Source of the DNA: Blasia pusilla
Taxonomy: Eukaryota
NCBI GenBank assembly: GCA_050084515.1
Contig: CM114271.1
Coordinates: 21,266,001 to 21,330,000 of the forward strand
Length of the DNA stretch: 64,000 nucleotides
Direction of reading: 5' to 3'
Every line of letters starts with the position of its first letter. Within the stretch, counting starts at the first letter, position 1. The notes under the pieces are model-generated. The model saw nothing but the letters and a program-made list of their open reading frames with translations, was not told where the DNA came from and ran no database searches. A program made the position numbers and the translations under genes. Shown one piece after another: positions 1-11,590 of this stretch.

Positions 1-330
1 CTCAAGGCGTCGATCTAAGGTGGTGACACGGGATGATAGACCACCGTTGGCCATGGCCAATAGGGTGGGGGATTTGAGGGCAGCCTTACCTATGTTGGTG
101 AGCTTCCCAACATCCCATGCCTTTCGTCAAGGAGGGCCAGGCATGATTTGGGATGAGGTGACCGAAGCATTGGAGGAGCCTACAGCAGATGAGCGCGAGC
201 GCGCCATGGGGTTCGCTACCGGTACTACGGCCGTTCCAGGGATGACTGAGGCATCCCGGAGATAGGTGTTGGGGCAGGCGATGGACCTCAACTGTCTCAC
301 ATGGATAGTCAGCCTATGTATGGCTGAGCA
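1..330 (+). pseudogene. C-terminal part of a DNMT3-like cytosine-C5 methyltransferase domain (motifs IX-X) in Gypsy pol
   Basis: EPTADERERAMGFATGTTAVPGMTEASRR*VLGQAMDLN resembles DNMT3 motifs IX/X (E.ER..GFP...T...R...LG). One in-frame TAG at 263-265. Same sequence as 23740-24050 on the minus strand. Confidence 0.8.
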
Positions 331-721
331 GAGACAGATGCGAGTGTCATCCATGCCGTCACGTCCACGAGTTGGACCATTGCCTATAGGGTCTGTACAG
401 GCATTGGATGGGGGCAAGAGGAGGAGAGATAGGCACCCATGGACTTCCTGGGACGTCGTTTGAGCAGAGAGTGCAAAGGCGGCCAGAGTAGCACATGTTC
501 ATTTTTCAGATGTAGAGCATGGTGTAGGAGGTCAGAATGGAGTGGCTGTTGCGGAGATGGCTAGGGTTGCTACATAGCAACCAAAGCCGCAGGTTGCGTC
601 CTTTCTGAGTGAGGTCACGATGGAGACTTGGGAGCCTATGATAGGTCTCAAGTTGATAGGAGGAGAGCGACGGTGAGTTCATAGGTTTCTGAGAGGGCAT
701 GTCAATTTTTTTGCCTTCAGT

Positions 722-1209
722 ATGAGAGACTTGGGTACGCTGAAGGGTCTCAGGATACGGATTGAGTTGGCTAGTGATACGCCAATCTTTCCTCGACCCT
801 ACAAGTATTCCGATATGGAGCGAGCCTTGATTCAGAGCAAGAGTCAGGACTTGTTGGAGGCAGGACTTGTGGAGTTATCACATGGGGAGTATGCATCTGC
901 CACAATCATGCCGACGAAGAAGGATATGTATGGCAATTGGACGGATAGGCGGATGTGTGGAGATTACCGTCCTATCAACCGACAGATGAGGTCAGATCGG
1001 TACGCCATGCCTAGTCCTGAGGAGATCTTTGATGCGGTAGGGCATGCAAAGATCTTCAATTCTTTAGATCTCCGTGATGGGTATCATCAGCTTCCTATTA
1101 GGTTGGAGGACAGGGAGAAGATAGCATTATGGGGGATAGATCAGTTCGGGAGAGATTGCTTGTATCATTAGCGGTTCTTACCATTTGGGTTGAAGAACGC
1201 GCCTGCAGA
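722..1209 (+). pseudogene. Gypsy reverse transcriptase, N-terminal half, truncated by a deletion
   Basis: PIFPRPYKYS, RMCGDYRPIN, RYAMPSPEEIFD, LDLRDGYHQ, PFGLKNAPA. The sequence then switches abruptly to Copia ASNHMT at ~1210. Confidence 0.9.
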
Positions 1210-3184
1210 TGCATCAAATCACATGACCTCACAAGCTAAATGGTTAAGTAGTTTGGAGCCGGTGAAAGATCCTGCCATTGTGCTCACACGAGATGACGCT
1301 CAACATCATATCACGCATACCGGTGAAGTTCCAATAGCATCAGATGGTCTTTGTGCTCGTGGAAATTTTCTCTATGTTCCTACCATTGCAAGAAACTTGA
1401 TCTTTGTAGGACACATAGCAGAACAAGGTTATCAAGTGAAGTTTAACGCAGATGGTTATTTCATTGAAACAATGGATGACCAGACTACGATAGCCAAAGG
1501 AACTAGATCTGGCAGAATGTTCAAATTAGATGTTTCTATGCCAGAGATTCAAACAATAATGTATGGTCAAACAAGCTAACAAGTCACAGATCTAAATATG
1601 TGGCACATTTAGATCTGTGACTGGAGACTGTGATTGGAGAATACATTCTGAAATTGCGTTGTGATGGAGGAGGAGAGTATCTTTCAAAAGAGTTTAATGA
1701 CTATTTACGTCAGAATGACATCCAACATCCAGTGACTTACCGTTACAAAATGGAGTGGTTGAGAGGAAGAATGGACATATTGCTGAAGCGGCACAAGCTA
1801 TGCTAAATGAGAAGAACATGCCTAAGGTCTATTGGGCAAAGGCTGTAGCATGTGCAGTCTTCTTAATCAACCGAACTCCAACAGCAAAAGTGTTTGATAA
1901 AACTCCATTCGAAGTCTTCACAAGAAGTAAACCTGATTTTTCCTTCTTGAAAGTATTTGGCTGTATTTTTTATGCTCATATTCCTTCTGAGAGACGTCAG
2001 AAATTAGACCCTAAGTCTGAAAGATGTATCTTCATTGGCTATGCCGATGGAACTAAGGGATATAAGTGCTACGTTCCATCCTCTAGGCATCTTATTGTTA
2101 GTCGGGATGTTGTCGTTGATGAGCTAAAGTCATGCTATGCTCCATCTAAGCCTATTCCACCTCTAAACTTGTCTGTTGAGAGGGAGAATATGACTGTAAA
2201 CCAACAGACATTGTCTTCAACTTCCCCAAGTACTAGCGCAGGATTAGGAGAGGTCCTAGATTCAACATTTAAATCTGTGAGTCCATGGACAGGAAGAGTA
2301 CGTATTTAGTCTGTTGACACTAGTCAGAGCTCGAGTCAGATGTCAGAGGCATCTACCTCTGAACAACAACTTTGTAGATCAAGTAGAGTTACACATCCAA
2401 TTCATAGATTCATAAATGAAGGTTTCCTTGCGACACATCATGCATTTATGGTGACTATCCTTCAAGAACAGGAGTCAAATTGTTTTGAAGAAGCTGCAAG
2501 TAAAGTCGAATGGATTGAAGCTATGGAGGAAGAGCTTGCTGCATTAAGACATCAACAGACATGGGAGCTGGTTGATATACCTTCCGGTAAGGAAGCTATT
2601 GGTTGCAAATGGGTTTACAAAATCAAGCGCAATCAAAATGGTAAAATTAAGAGATACAAAGCAAGATTGGTGGCTAAGGGCTATGCACAACAATATGGTA
2701 TCGATTATGAGGAAACATTTAGCCCTGTTGCAAAGATGGCGACTACGAGAACAGTGGTTGCAGTTGCAATAAGTAAGAAGTGGAGATTACATCACATGGA
2801 CGTCAAGAATGCCTTCTTGAATAGAGATCTATACGAGGAGATATATATGACTCAACCACCTGGATACGAGCATCCCAAGTTTCCATTTCGCATATGCACG
2901 TTGAAGAAAGCTCTATACGGGCTCAAACAAGCTCCAAGAGCTTGGTATGGCAAGATTACATACGTCCTACAAGAGTTGGGTTTTAGGGTATGTGATTCTG
3001 ACTCCTCGTTATATGTCTTGAGAGAACAAGATCATATAGTCCTCATTGTGTTATATGTTGACAATCTCTTGATTAGTGGGAGTACTGAAGAAATGGTACA
3101 ACAAGTCAAGCTTAAGTTACAAGCAAAATTTGATATGAAGGACTTGGGAGACCTCAAGTACTTCCTTGGTATTGAGTTTATCGA

Positions 3185-4215
3185 TGTCGTGCGTCTACTC
3201 TCCTTGAACGTTAATCTTGTTTGTTGCGGAAGCGTGCGTTCAGTAGGTCACGCTCTCAACGCTGATCTGCATCCAAACACGCACTTTGGTTAGTCGGGTC
3301 TTGGATCAATCAGCGGGATTACTTTCCGAGTTCTCGTCTCGGACTCTCATCAAGCTCAACCTTCCTAGTTTCAAGGTTTACAACACGGGAAAATCTTGAA
3401 AGACTTGGGACAGACTTTTTGGTCGGTTCAGGAACCTGAAACGGCGTTTCGCGCCTAGTAGTTCCAGCTGTCCGATGGACATCCAATGAGTCTCACATCA
3501 AGACTCGCACGAAATGAATCTCGAGTTGGAATCCAAGTGTGGCGTACAAAGTCCACTCCCTTGGATCAGGTTTGGGTTTCGAGTTCCCACGCCAAACTCC
3601 CGTTCCATCCCGTGCCTCTAAAATGCCGTTTGGCGCCAAAAGTGGGGATTCATTTTCCGAGACATCTCAGAGAGACTCCTCCCTTACTAGTACTTCTGGG
3701 GATCTCCGGGGGCCCCCTGCATTTAGGAAAAGACACCCGGGCCTCTCCAATTGGCCCTCAACCCGATTGCTCTTTCAATTGTTTTCGGCCAATATCTCAG
3801 CCTGTACTTATGCGTTTGCTAAGATCTTTGGTGCGTCGAAAGCGTCTTAAGATCAGCTTTCCAACGCAGCCTTATTTGTCCCGAACGCATCTTGGAGCTC
3901 AACGTTATGGTCCTAAACACAGTCAGATTCTCCCAAACGCTAGTCGTGTTCCAAACTGGTTCTCACCTCTTTGGCAACCAACCTCCCAAGACTCAACTCA
4001 TCTCAAGTCTTGGCTCGCGTTTGGTCTAGGTTTCTTGGTCGCGACCACTAACGCATGAAATGCACAACTTTGTTCTGCGTTTCGTCTCTTAGACTTTTCC
4101 AAGAGACTTTTCCAAACGTTTCTCCAAAGCGCAAACCTTGCAGCGTGAGTTCCCTTGAGTTCAGATGTTTCGCTTGGCGCCTATTTGGTATTGTTTGGTT
4201 ATGAGGGTTGTGAAA
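3185..4215 (-). repeat. Solo LTR (~1.03 kb) of the chromovirus family found at 31900-37579, inserted in Copia RT
   Basis: Begins tgtcgtgcg and ends ggttgtgaaa (degraded ggtcgcgaca). Perfect 5-bp TSD ATCGA at 3180-3184 and 4216-4220. Clearly similar to 31900-32902. Confidence 0.9.
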
Positions 4216-4602
4216 ATCGAGGTTGGAGAGCATGTGGTTACTACAACAATAATGTGCTCTTCATATGCTCTCAAAATATGGTATGACTGCTTGTAAGCCA
4301 ATCTCTACACCGTTGGACCAGAACGTTAAGCTAAGAGTGGATGAAGGAGAGCTGCTTGCAGATTCTAATGTGTACAGGTGCATGGTTAGAAGTTTAATCT
4401 ATCTAACTATAACTAGACCAGATTTGAGCTATGTTGTTGGCCTAGTCAGTCAGTTTATGCATGCACTACGAAAACCACACCTTGATGCTATGGGGAGGAT
4501 TATGCGGTATGTGAAATTCTCTATTCAATGCGGGCTTCAATTTGAATCTTCTCCGAGTTTTCAATTATAGGGATTCACAGATGCTGATTGGATAGGAAGC
4601 GT

Positions 4603-5840
4603 TGTCGTATAATAAAATCAGCCAATGTGTAAACTCCTTCCTCATTAAGTGTTAGATAGAGTTTTATTAGTATTATATAAATTAGCCTAGGAAAAAGAAA
4701 TTCCTATGTTTAAACCTCTTTATGGTGCCTCTTTTATGCGGGCCCAACTTTAGGAAAAGAGGTGATAAATAAAAGATGACTTTATAAAAGCAAAAGTAGT
4801 CTTGGTTGGTGACTAGGTTAGTTGGGGTAATTTGGAAAATATCAAGTGGATAAAAGAGGATATTTTGGAAGAGATAAGAGAAAATCTACTTATGTCAAAA
4901 TGTGATTGGCTAAGCCTTGAGAGGTAGCCATGTGGCACAAGTTAAGATTAGCTCTATTTTGTACTCTTGTGGATCCCTGGTGAATATATAAAGAGGAGGG
5001 ACCTTCAAGGGTTCATCACCTTCTATTTCACATCTTGAGTCTCTCGTGTCACTCTTAAGTGTATGTCTTTGGGATTGCTTGCTCTTCCAATGAGAGTAGA
5101 TCGCCCTTCTTGGGAGAGTAACTTGACCATGATCTATTCTCCGAGAGGTTTCTAGAGTGTGGTGTGTGTGTGTGGAGATGAGAGGCTTGTCACCTTAGAG
5201 GATTTTAGTCATACTAAAATAGTGAATTTTTTGGCTTGTTATTTTCCCAATGAGAGGGGATTACCCCTCTTGGGAGAATAATTCCGCCAAAGCCCATTCT
5301 TGAGGAGAGTAGAGAATGTCTGTCAAGCATGGATAGGGGTAGAGCACGAGTTGTGTCTAACTTTCCTTTCCTCAATCCTTACCATGTCAAGGTACTCTTT
5401 GTAGATAGGTACTGGTTCACTCGTTATTTAGTTTATCATTTTGGGGAGGCGTTCATGAACCAAGTCATGCAATCTCGAACTCCGGTGATTATTCTTATCG
5501 TCACGTATGGAAGGACATGGGATTGTACTTTGTATGTCCTTATATAGCGATCCATGGACGTCAATAGACCTGCACAAGTAGGGTTTAACACTAGTTGTGC
5601 TATCTTCCTCGTGTACAAGCGTAACGTAGTTTATAGGGATTTTATAGTTAGGAATTTCAGGGTCCGATGTCATGAAGAAGTGATCGCCTCAACACTTCCA
5701 TTTGTTATACTTGTCGTGAGAGAATAGAGAGTATACATAATAATTTTGTATTGAAAAAGGAGAACTTCTTAAGGTCATCGACTACGTCTACCGCAGCTAG
5801 AAGGTCCGCCCTTACTCGAAGAAAGGCTCTTGACACAACA
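4603..5840. repeat. Solo-LTR-like insertion (~1.24 kb, TG...CA) in Copia RNase H
   Basis: tgtcgtata...gacacaaca, flanked by GCGT/GCAT (4-bp TSD with one transition). Removing it restores GFTDADWIGSVSDRHSTS. A second copy lies at 42318-43592. Confidence 0.85.
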
Positions 5841-6291
5841 GCATGTCTGATCGACACTCCACATCTAGTTATTCATTTGCTTTGGGAAGCGCAGCTATAA
5901 GTTGGGCTTCAAAGAAGCAACCTACAGTTGTTTTATCTTCAATAGAGGCTGAGTACAAAGGAGCAACCAATGCAGCATGTGAGGCGGTGTGGCTTCATCG
6001 ATTACTTGTTGAGATTGGTGTTAGTAACTTAGGACCTAGTGTAATATATATAGACAATATTAGTAGCATCAAGCTTAATAATAACCTTATGTTTCATACT
6101 CGTACAAAGCATGTTGAGGTGCACTATCATTTTATCATAGAGAAAGTGCTTGTAGGGGAAATTGATCTTGTGTGTATAAGTACACATCAGCAAATTGCTG
6201 ACATCTGTACAAAGGCATTGTCGAGAGATAAGTTTGAGATGTTTAGAAATGATTTAGGTGTTAAAGATATCGATATGAGCTTGAGGGGAAG

Positions 6292-6603
6292 TATTGAAGA
6301 TTGAGTTACAGTCAAGCTCATGAGACACATGAACTGTTACATTTGGTACTCACATGAAGTAGGGAAGCTTAATCTTGGTTAGTTACTTAAGCACGATTAT
6401 CTTAACTACGGTTAGTTAATCCCAGTTAGTCTAACTCTAGACTATGGTTAAAATTAGGGTTAGGGTTGCTTGTACATACCCTATATAATTGAGAAGAGGA
6501 CCAGCCTCCACTCATTCTCTCATTGCAAGTTTCGTTCTCCATGGTAGTGTGTGTGTGTGAGAGCCGTTTTCCACTAGTTACGCTTGTTTAGCAGTTTTCC
6601 ACA
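6292..6603 (+). repeat. Copia 3' LTR
   Basis: Follows the PPT directly. Starts tattg (TGTTG-like), contains tatataa, ends ccaca at the junction with Gypsy RNase H. Confidence 0.75.
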
Positions 6604-8375
6604 CTTAAGTGGTTGATGGAGTATGACAAGCTTACAGGGACGCTTGCAAGGTGGGCTCTATTGTTACACGAGTATGATTTCCAAGTGGTGCATAGACCTA
6701 AGATGCTCAACCACAATGCCAATGGTTTGAGCCGTAATCCATGTCCGAGTCAGCGAGATGCGACTGGAGGTCGTTGGCATGGTGAGAGTGATGAGGAGTT
6801 GGTGCCAAGATGGCACGCGTCTGCCTATTTGGGCTTGTTGGCTATGGAGAGCCAGATTGCTGAGACTTTGATGGAGAGGTTTGATGGAGAGTCCTTAGAT
6901 CCAGAGGCTAGTGAGGAGAGGACAGGTGGCCGAGATATTCACGATGATGGAGTAGTCTTGGAGTACCTATGACTTGGCAGCGTCGCGATCACAGTGGGTG
7001 CTAGAAAGCGGGATCGGATCCTACAGTGAGCCATACGGTTCCGGTGGGAGGGGACACATGTGTTGCGAGTTTGGAAGGATGGTAGAGTACGTGTAGTGCC
7101 TCATCCTTCACAGAGGGCACGTTTGGTGCGTCATGCCCACGGGGAGTTGGGTCAGTTTGGAGTGAAGCGGACGTACAACTTTCTCCAGATACAATATTGG
7201 TGGCGAGGCATGTAGACTGACGTTTGTTGCCAGGTGCATGGTTTGTGATCGGGTCCAAGTATCGTTCAATGCTTTGACTCCACAGTTGCATCCACTTCCG
7301 ATCATGGGTTTAGGTTATAGATGGAGTTTGGATTTTGCAGGACTTCTGCCTTTGACAGAGCGCCATAGTCGTTATGTGTTGGTGATGGACGAGCACTTCT
7401 CAAAATGGATAGAGTTGGTTGCATTGCTTAACAAAGCAAGTGAGGGAGTAGCGTATGCCTTCCTAGATTGAGTGCTGAGTTATTACGGCGCACCAGCTGA
7501 GGTGTTGACAGACCAGGGTACGGAGTTTCGCAAGGAGTTTCAGGCCTTGTGTGATCAGTTGTTGATCGACCATCGCACCACTTCACGAGATCATCTTGAG
7601 GCGGATGGACTAGCATAGAGGGTTTTGTACAAGGTGAAGAAAAGATTACACAAGTATGGCTTGCAGAGAGGTCACCTAGGAGATTGGGACCTCCAATTGT
7701 CGTGGTTGGCAATGGGATAAAGATTCAGCAGGCAGGCATCCTTAGCGTCTTTCTCACCGTACTTGCTACTTTATGGCCGATGGCCGGATTTACCTACGGC
7801 CATTCGTTGAGATGTTGGTGAGGTGTTGAACTTTGATGACCTTGACGTATGGATGCGAGCATGTTCTCAGAGGGCTAAGTTGTTTTGGAGAGTGATGCCC
7901 ATGGCGTTTGAGAACTTGGCGATTGAGCAACATCGGGATACGTTGAGGTATGCGACTATTCGGGGAGGTGATTATCGACCTACTATCCAAAGGTTTGATT
8001 AGGGAGACTACGTCTACTTGCAATAGACGTTATCCACGATGTTGGATGTGATTGTAGGGCGCACTATCTTGAGAGTGCGTGAGGTTTTGCCATGTGGTGT
8101 CCTCTTATTGGAGGGACGTGATGGTATGGTTTGGAAGGACCATGTGCATAAATTTGCGCCATGTCACCTTCTGAACATTGATACTACAGTTGATCCGAGC
8201 TTAGCAGTAGTTCATGTAGGCTTACAATGTATGTTGTGTGGTTCCGCCCGTGGTGCAGCCACTATGCTAGTCTGTGATGGATGTTCGAGCGGATGGCATA
8301 TGACATGTTTGACGCCACCTCTCACTATGGTTCCTCAGGAATGATGGATGTCTCCCAGATGCACATAGACTAGGT
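6604..8375 (+). pseudogene. Gypsy RNase H end, HHCC/rve integrase and C-terminal PHD finger (copy 1)
   Basis: LARWALLLHEYDFQVVHRP, NANGLSR, WSLDFAG, EHFSKWIE, then CMLC...LVCDGCSSGWHMTCLTPPL..VP...WMSPRC (C4HC3 PHD pattern, one Cys lost). Confidence 0.88.
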
Positions 8376-8531
8376 AGTTCTAGATTTTGACTTGTGTCTG
8401 TGACATGGATGACAAGAAGGCGACTAACGATGGGGCCACATGAGCACCCGACCTTTGTGCTAGAGCAAAAAGGCCCCGTGATAGATGACTATCTGGAGTT
8501 AGAGGGTCCCAACCAACAACTAGGGGGGAAA

Positions 8532-9303
8532 ATTGGAGATATTTTGCTAGTCGTCGTCTTGTTTTTTGGATGCCATGAGTAAGCATGGGATGTGCGTGTT
8601 TGTATGTGTATTCGGTGATACGGATGTATGTTGTGTAGAGACGTGTATGCGCACGACGGTTGTCACGTCTTTTAGGATAGATCGATAAGATCTAGTAGAG
8701 CACCTTCACAAGCAATGGAGGACAGGCTCAAGAGGTCGAAGATGATTTGCTGAGGCCCCGAGAAACCTAAGAGAGCAGGTTTCCCCTTCGTTTCGGCTCA
8801 ATTGTAGCTATATTGAAGAACTTACTATTTTGGGTAAATACCATTTTGAGTATATGGTCAAATTTCTATTTTGGGAAGGGGCCCTTGACCTCCTATATCA
8901 TGTCAAGAGCCAAGGAGGTGACTTAGGAGCATAGGTTACCATGGAGAGAGCTTGGGAGAGAGGAGGGGATATACCTCAAGGAGAGAGAGCTTGAGAGCTC
9001 ATTCTTTATTTGTTGAACCTCTTGCCATGAGGCGGCAGAGCTATGGTCCCTTGCCTTGTGAGTGTCACCCAAGTCTCTCATTAGGAGAGTGGGTTTGGTT
9101 TGACATTGAGAGAGACATGTGAGATTGCACAAATGTGAGAGCTATGGTGTTGTGAGACAGATTTGACCTTATTTTATTGGAGATATTTTGGTACTCCTCG
9201 TCTCGTTGTTTGGATGCTATGAGTTAGCATGGGATCGTACGTGTTTGTGTGCGTATTCGGTGACAGCGATGTATGTTGTATAGCGATGTGTATGCGCATG
9301 ATA
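8532..9303 (+). repeat. 3' terminal split repeat B1 (8532-8658) - A (8661-~9156) - B2 (9176-9303) of Gypsy copy 1
   Basis: attggagatatttt...tatgcgcacgacg recurs as attggagatatttt...tatgcgcatgata on each side of an A block starting tgtcacgtctttt. A purine run taggggggaaa precedes B1. Confidence 0.88.
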
Positions 9304-11309
9304 GAGTATTTATGATCCCCTCTTCCAAGTCGCTTTTCATTCTAGAGAAGCTTGGAGGTTAGTTCTCACGGATATCACCTACACTATCCTATATATCATA
9401 TGCGTCCATGGCCCTTCTATATGACCCTATGTACTAAATTTTTAACAATAAATTGGGCCCTATTTTTGGGTAATTTTCAAAAAAATCCACTATTATAATA
9501 GCCTTATATTCCAATAAGTAAAACCTTTGACTTATTACGTATATACCAAAAAATTCAAGTTAACTTGAAGCATTTTTTTTAAATGCAATGACAAGCTCGA
9601 TAAGAAATTATTTCAATCCTTATTCACAAGATTTATGGTTTATTTTACATTGCTTGCATGTAGGAGATTTGTTATGGATTTGTGTGCAGACATTAGTAAA
9701 AAACAAAAACCCTCATTGTACCAAGATAGACTTTGCTGTGCAATAGAGATAAGTTGACACTAGGTTGATTTCATCCAAGAGAGAATCATCATCACGCAAC
9801 TAAATTTTTAGGATGAAATGGAGTGTGGCAAATCTTTCTATTGGGCCCTCGGGTCAAGAAGTAATATCTCTTGTACACTTGGATGAGCTCCAATGGAGAT
9901 TTTTGTGGTTGACTCGATCAAAGTAGGAGAAGGAAGAAGATATCGGTGAAGAACATGATGTGGAAGAAGAACAAACTAACACTTACACATTGTTAGGTTT
10001 TACTTGTAAATATTCCACTCATGAATAAAATGTGAAAACTTTCCAACTTATCATATCTCATGTAATTTCTTTTCTTTTCTCTTCTTTTTGTACTTGTATC
10101 TCTTCTTCATGTGATAAAGTAATTGGTCATGTGCAAAATAAGCATGTAAGAAAATTTGGTCAGTCATAGAAGAAATTATTGCCAAAATTTGATTGGTTGT
10201 GAATGAATTTTTTGACAAGTTGTGATCGTTCATAAGACAAATATGATCAATCGTAGGAGAAAATTTGATTGGTCATACACTTGCCGTTGCCAAGGATCCA
10301 GCCACCCTTTACAAAAATTTGATCAATCGTAGGCTAAAATGTCGACACTTTTATCCTTTCCTCTAGATCAAAAAAGTTCATATATCTAGCTCTAAGACTT
10401 TCCTTGTTTCTAAAGACGCTCTTATTAATTTAAAAATAAATAAATTCATGGTGCTATTTGCATTGACAAAAAAATTATATACAAAAGCATATGTCTCTCC
10501 TACATCCAACCCATCCCTATTTTCCTTCCCAAAAGTTCTACACATGAATTGCAGAAAATAACAACTTGTCATTGCATCCCCTATCATATTGAACCTTGTT
10601 ATCAAAATTTTCTTTGGGACTCCATTAACCTTGGAAGGAATTTTGTCTACTCTCACTAACCAAAATAATCTCCCTATAGGTATAGGATCCTCTTTAGCCA
10701 CCACTGCAATCATTGTAGATTCTTCGAAGAAATTGCCCAAATTTTCAATTCTTTTTCTTCGAGGACTAGTCTACATTGGTCCGGAAGGTACCACAACTCT
10801 TTCCAATGTTTCATCATTCAATGTTGTAGGGTTTGGCATATTTTGGATCAAAATACTTAAATAGACATGAATATAATTTGAACGTCATTCCCATGATTCA
10901 AACTACATTTTCGGTCGCAAATGATCACCAAAGATCTCCTGTTGATTTTGAAAAAAAAACTTGACTACCATTCTTTTTGAAGATCTTCATAACAGACGTT
11001 GCCAACTTTAATTGCTTATATATATTCTTGTAAATTTTCCCTATAATACTAAGAGAAATCATGTCCATCTTTTCTTTCCCCAAACCTTTCAAAGGAATTT
11101 GTATTGATGGTCACATGGGTCTAGTTGGAACAAAATTCAAGAAGGGCATGCTTGCTCCCCAAGACAAAACTATAGATAATTGCCCCATATCAAGATAGCA
11201 CCATCTTCAACTTTATGATTTGGAATTGCTTTTGGAAAGTCAGGTCTTATAAGTCTTTGATCAGTGAAGTTGGATAATCCAAAAAACTTCTTGAAATATC
11301 CCATCATAC

Positions 11310-11590
11310 GCCTCGCGGGCACTTGTGGACACATACCCTAGAGCCCGATACACCCTCCAGGCATCGATCTTTACAGAGTATAGAGATGGGAACTCCATGT
11401 AATCATCCATCGGCAAATCCTCCAAGTGCTGCTGCAACAACCGCTTTCATGACATAGAAGGGTTTAACTGCGTAGGGGTTCGTATCTCATGGAAGTCGCA
11501 CCACGTGTCAAACTCCTAAATGAAACCATCAAGATCTATGATGCATGCCCCGATGGCCCATGTCGTCCATCTCTCTCCACGTATCACCGT
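11310..11590 (-). pseudogene. Heavily decayed gag 5' relic of the same Gypsy family
   Basis: Minus strand reads MDD..., DLDGFI*EFDTWCDFHEIRTPTQLNPF, matching ELHDFIAEFRSWCDSQRARNSREFNPF of the gag ORF at 26261-27424. Confidence 0.65.

Larger units (their letters stand above)
1210..6603 (+). mobile_element. Ty1/Copia element lacking 5' LTR and gag (protease remnant, integrase, RT, RNase H, PPT, 3' LTR), nested in Gypsy copy 1
   Basis: ASNHMT, LRCDGGGEY, NGVVERKN, KLDPKSERCIFIGY, YKARLVAKGY, MDVKNAFL, LYGLKQAPRAW, LYVDN, GFTDADW, SWASKKQPTV, RTKHVEVHYHF. Domain order INT-RT-RH. PPT gaggggaag at 6283-6291. Gypsy RNase H (LKWLME) resumes at 6604. Confidence 0.93.
1..9303 (+). mobile_element. Ty3/Gypsy retroelement copy 1 (DNMT- and PHD-bearing family); 5' part outside the window, decayed, carries a nested Copia element
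   Basis: C-terminal methyltransferase motifs at 20-330, Gypsy RT at 722-1209 (RMCGDYRPIN, LDLRDGYHQ, LKNAPA), RNase H end/integrase/PHD at 6604-8375, terminal repeats at 8532-9303. Colinear with the minus-strand copy at 19495-28943. Confidence 0.9.

Noticed and set aside
3486-4058. 190-aa ORF and similar ORFs at 32120-32925 and 36758-37410
   Set aside because: They lie within LTR sequence, have no domain motifs, and their frames are not conserved between LTR copies.
9600-11300. AT-rich region with a 120-aa minus-strand ORF (10378-10740)
   Set aside because: Probably a decayed TE gene, but no motif could be recognised with confidence.
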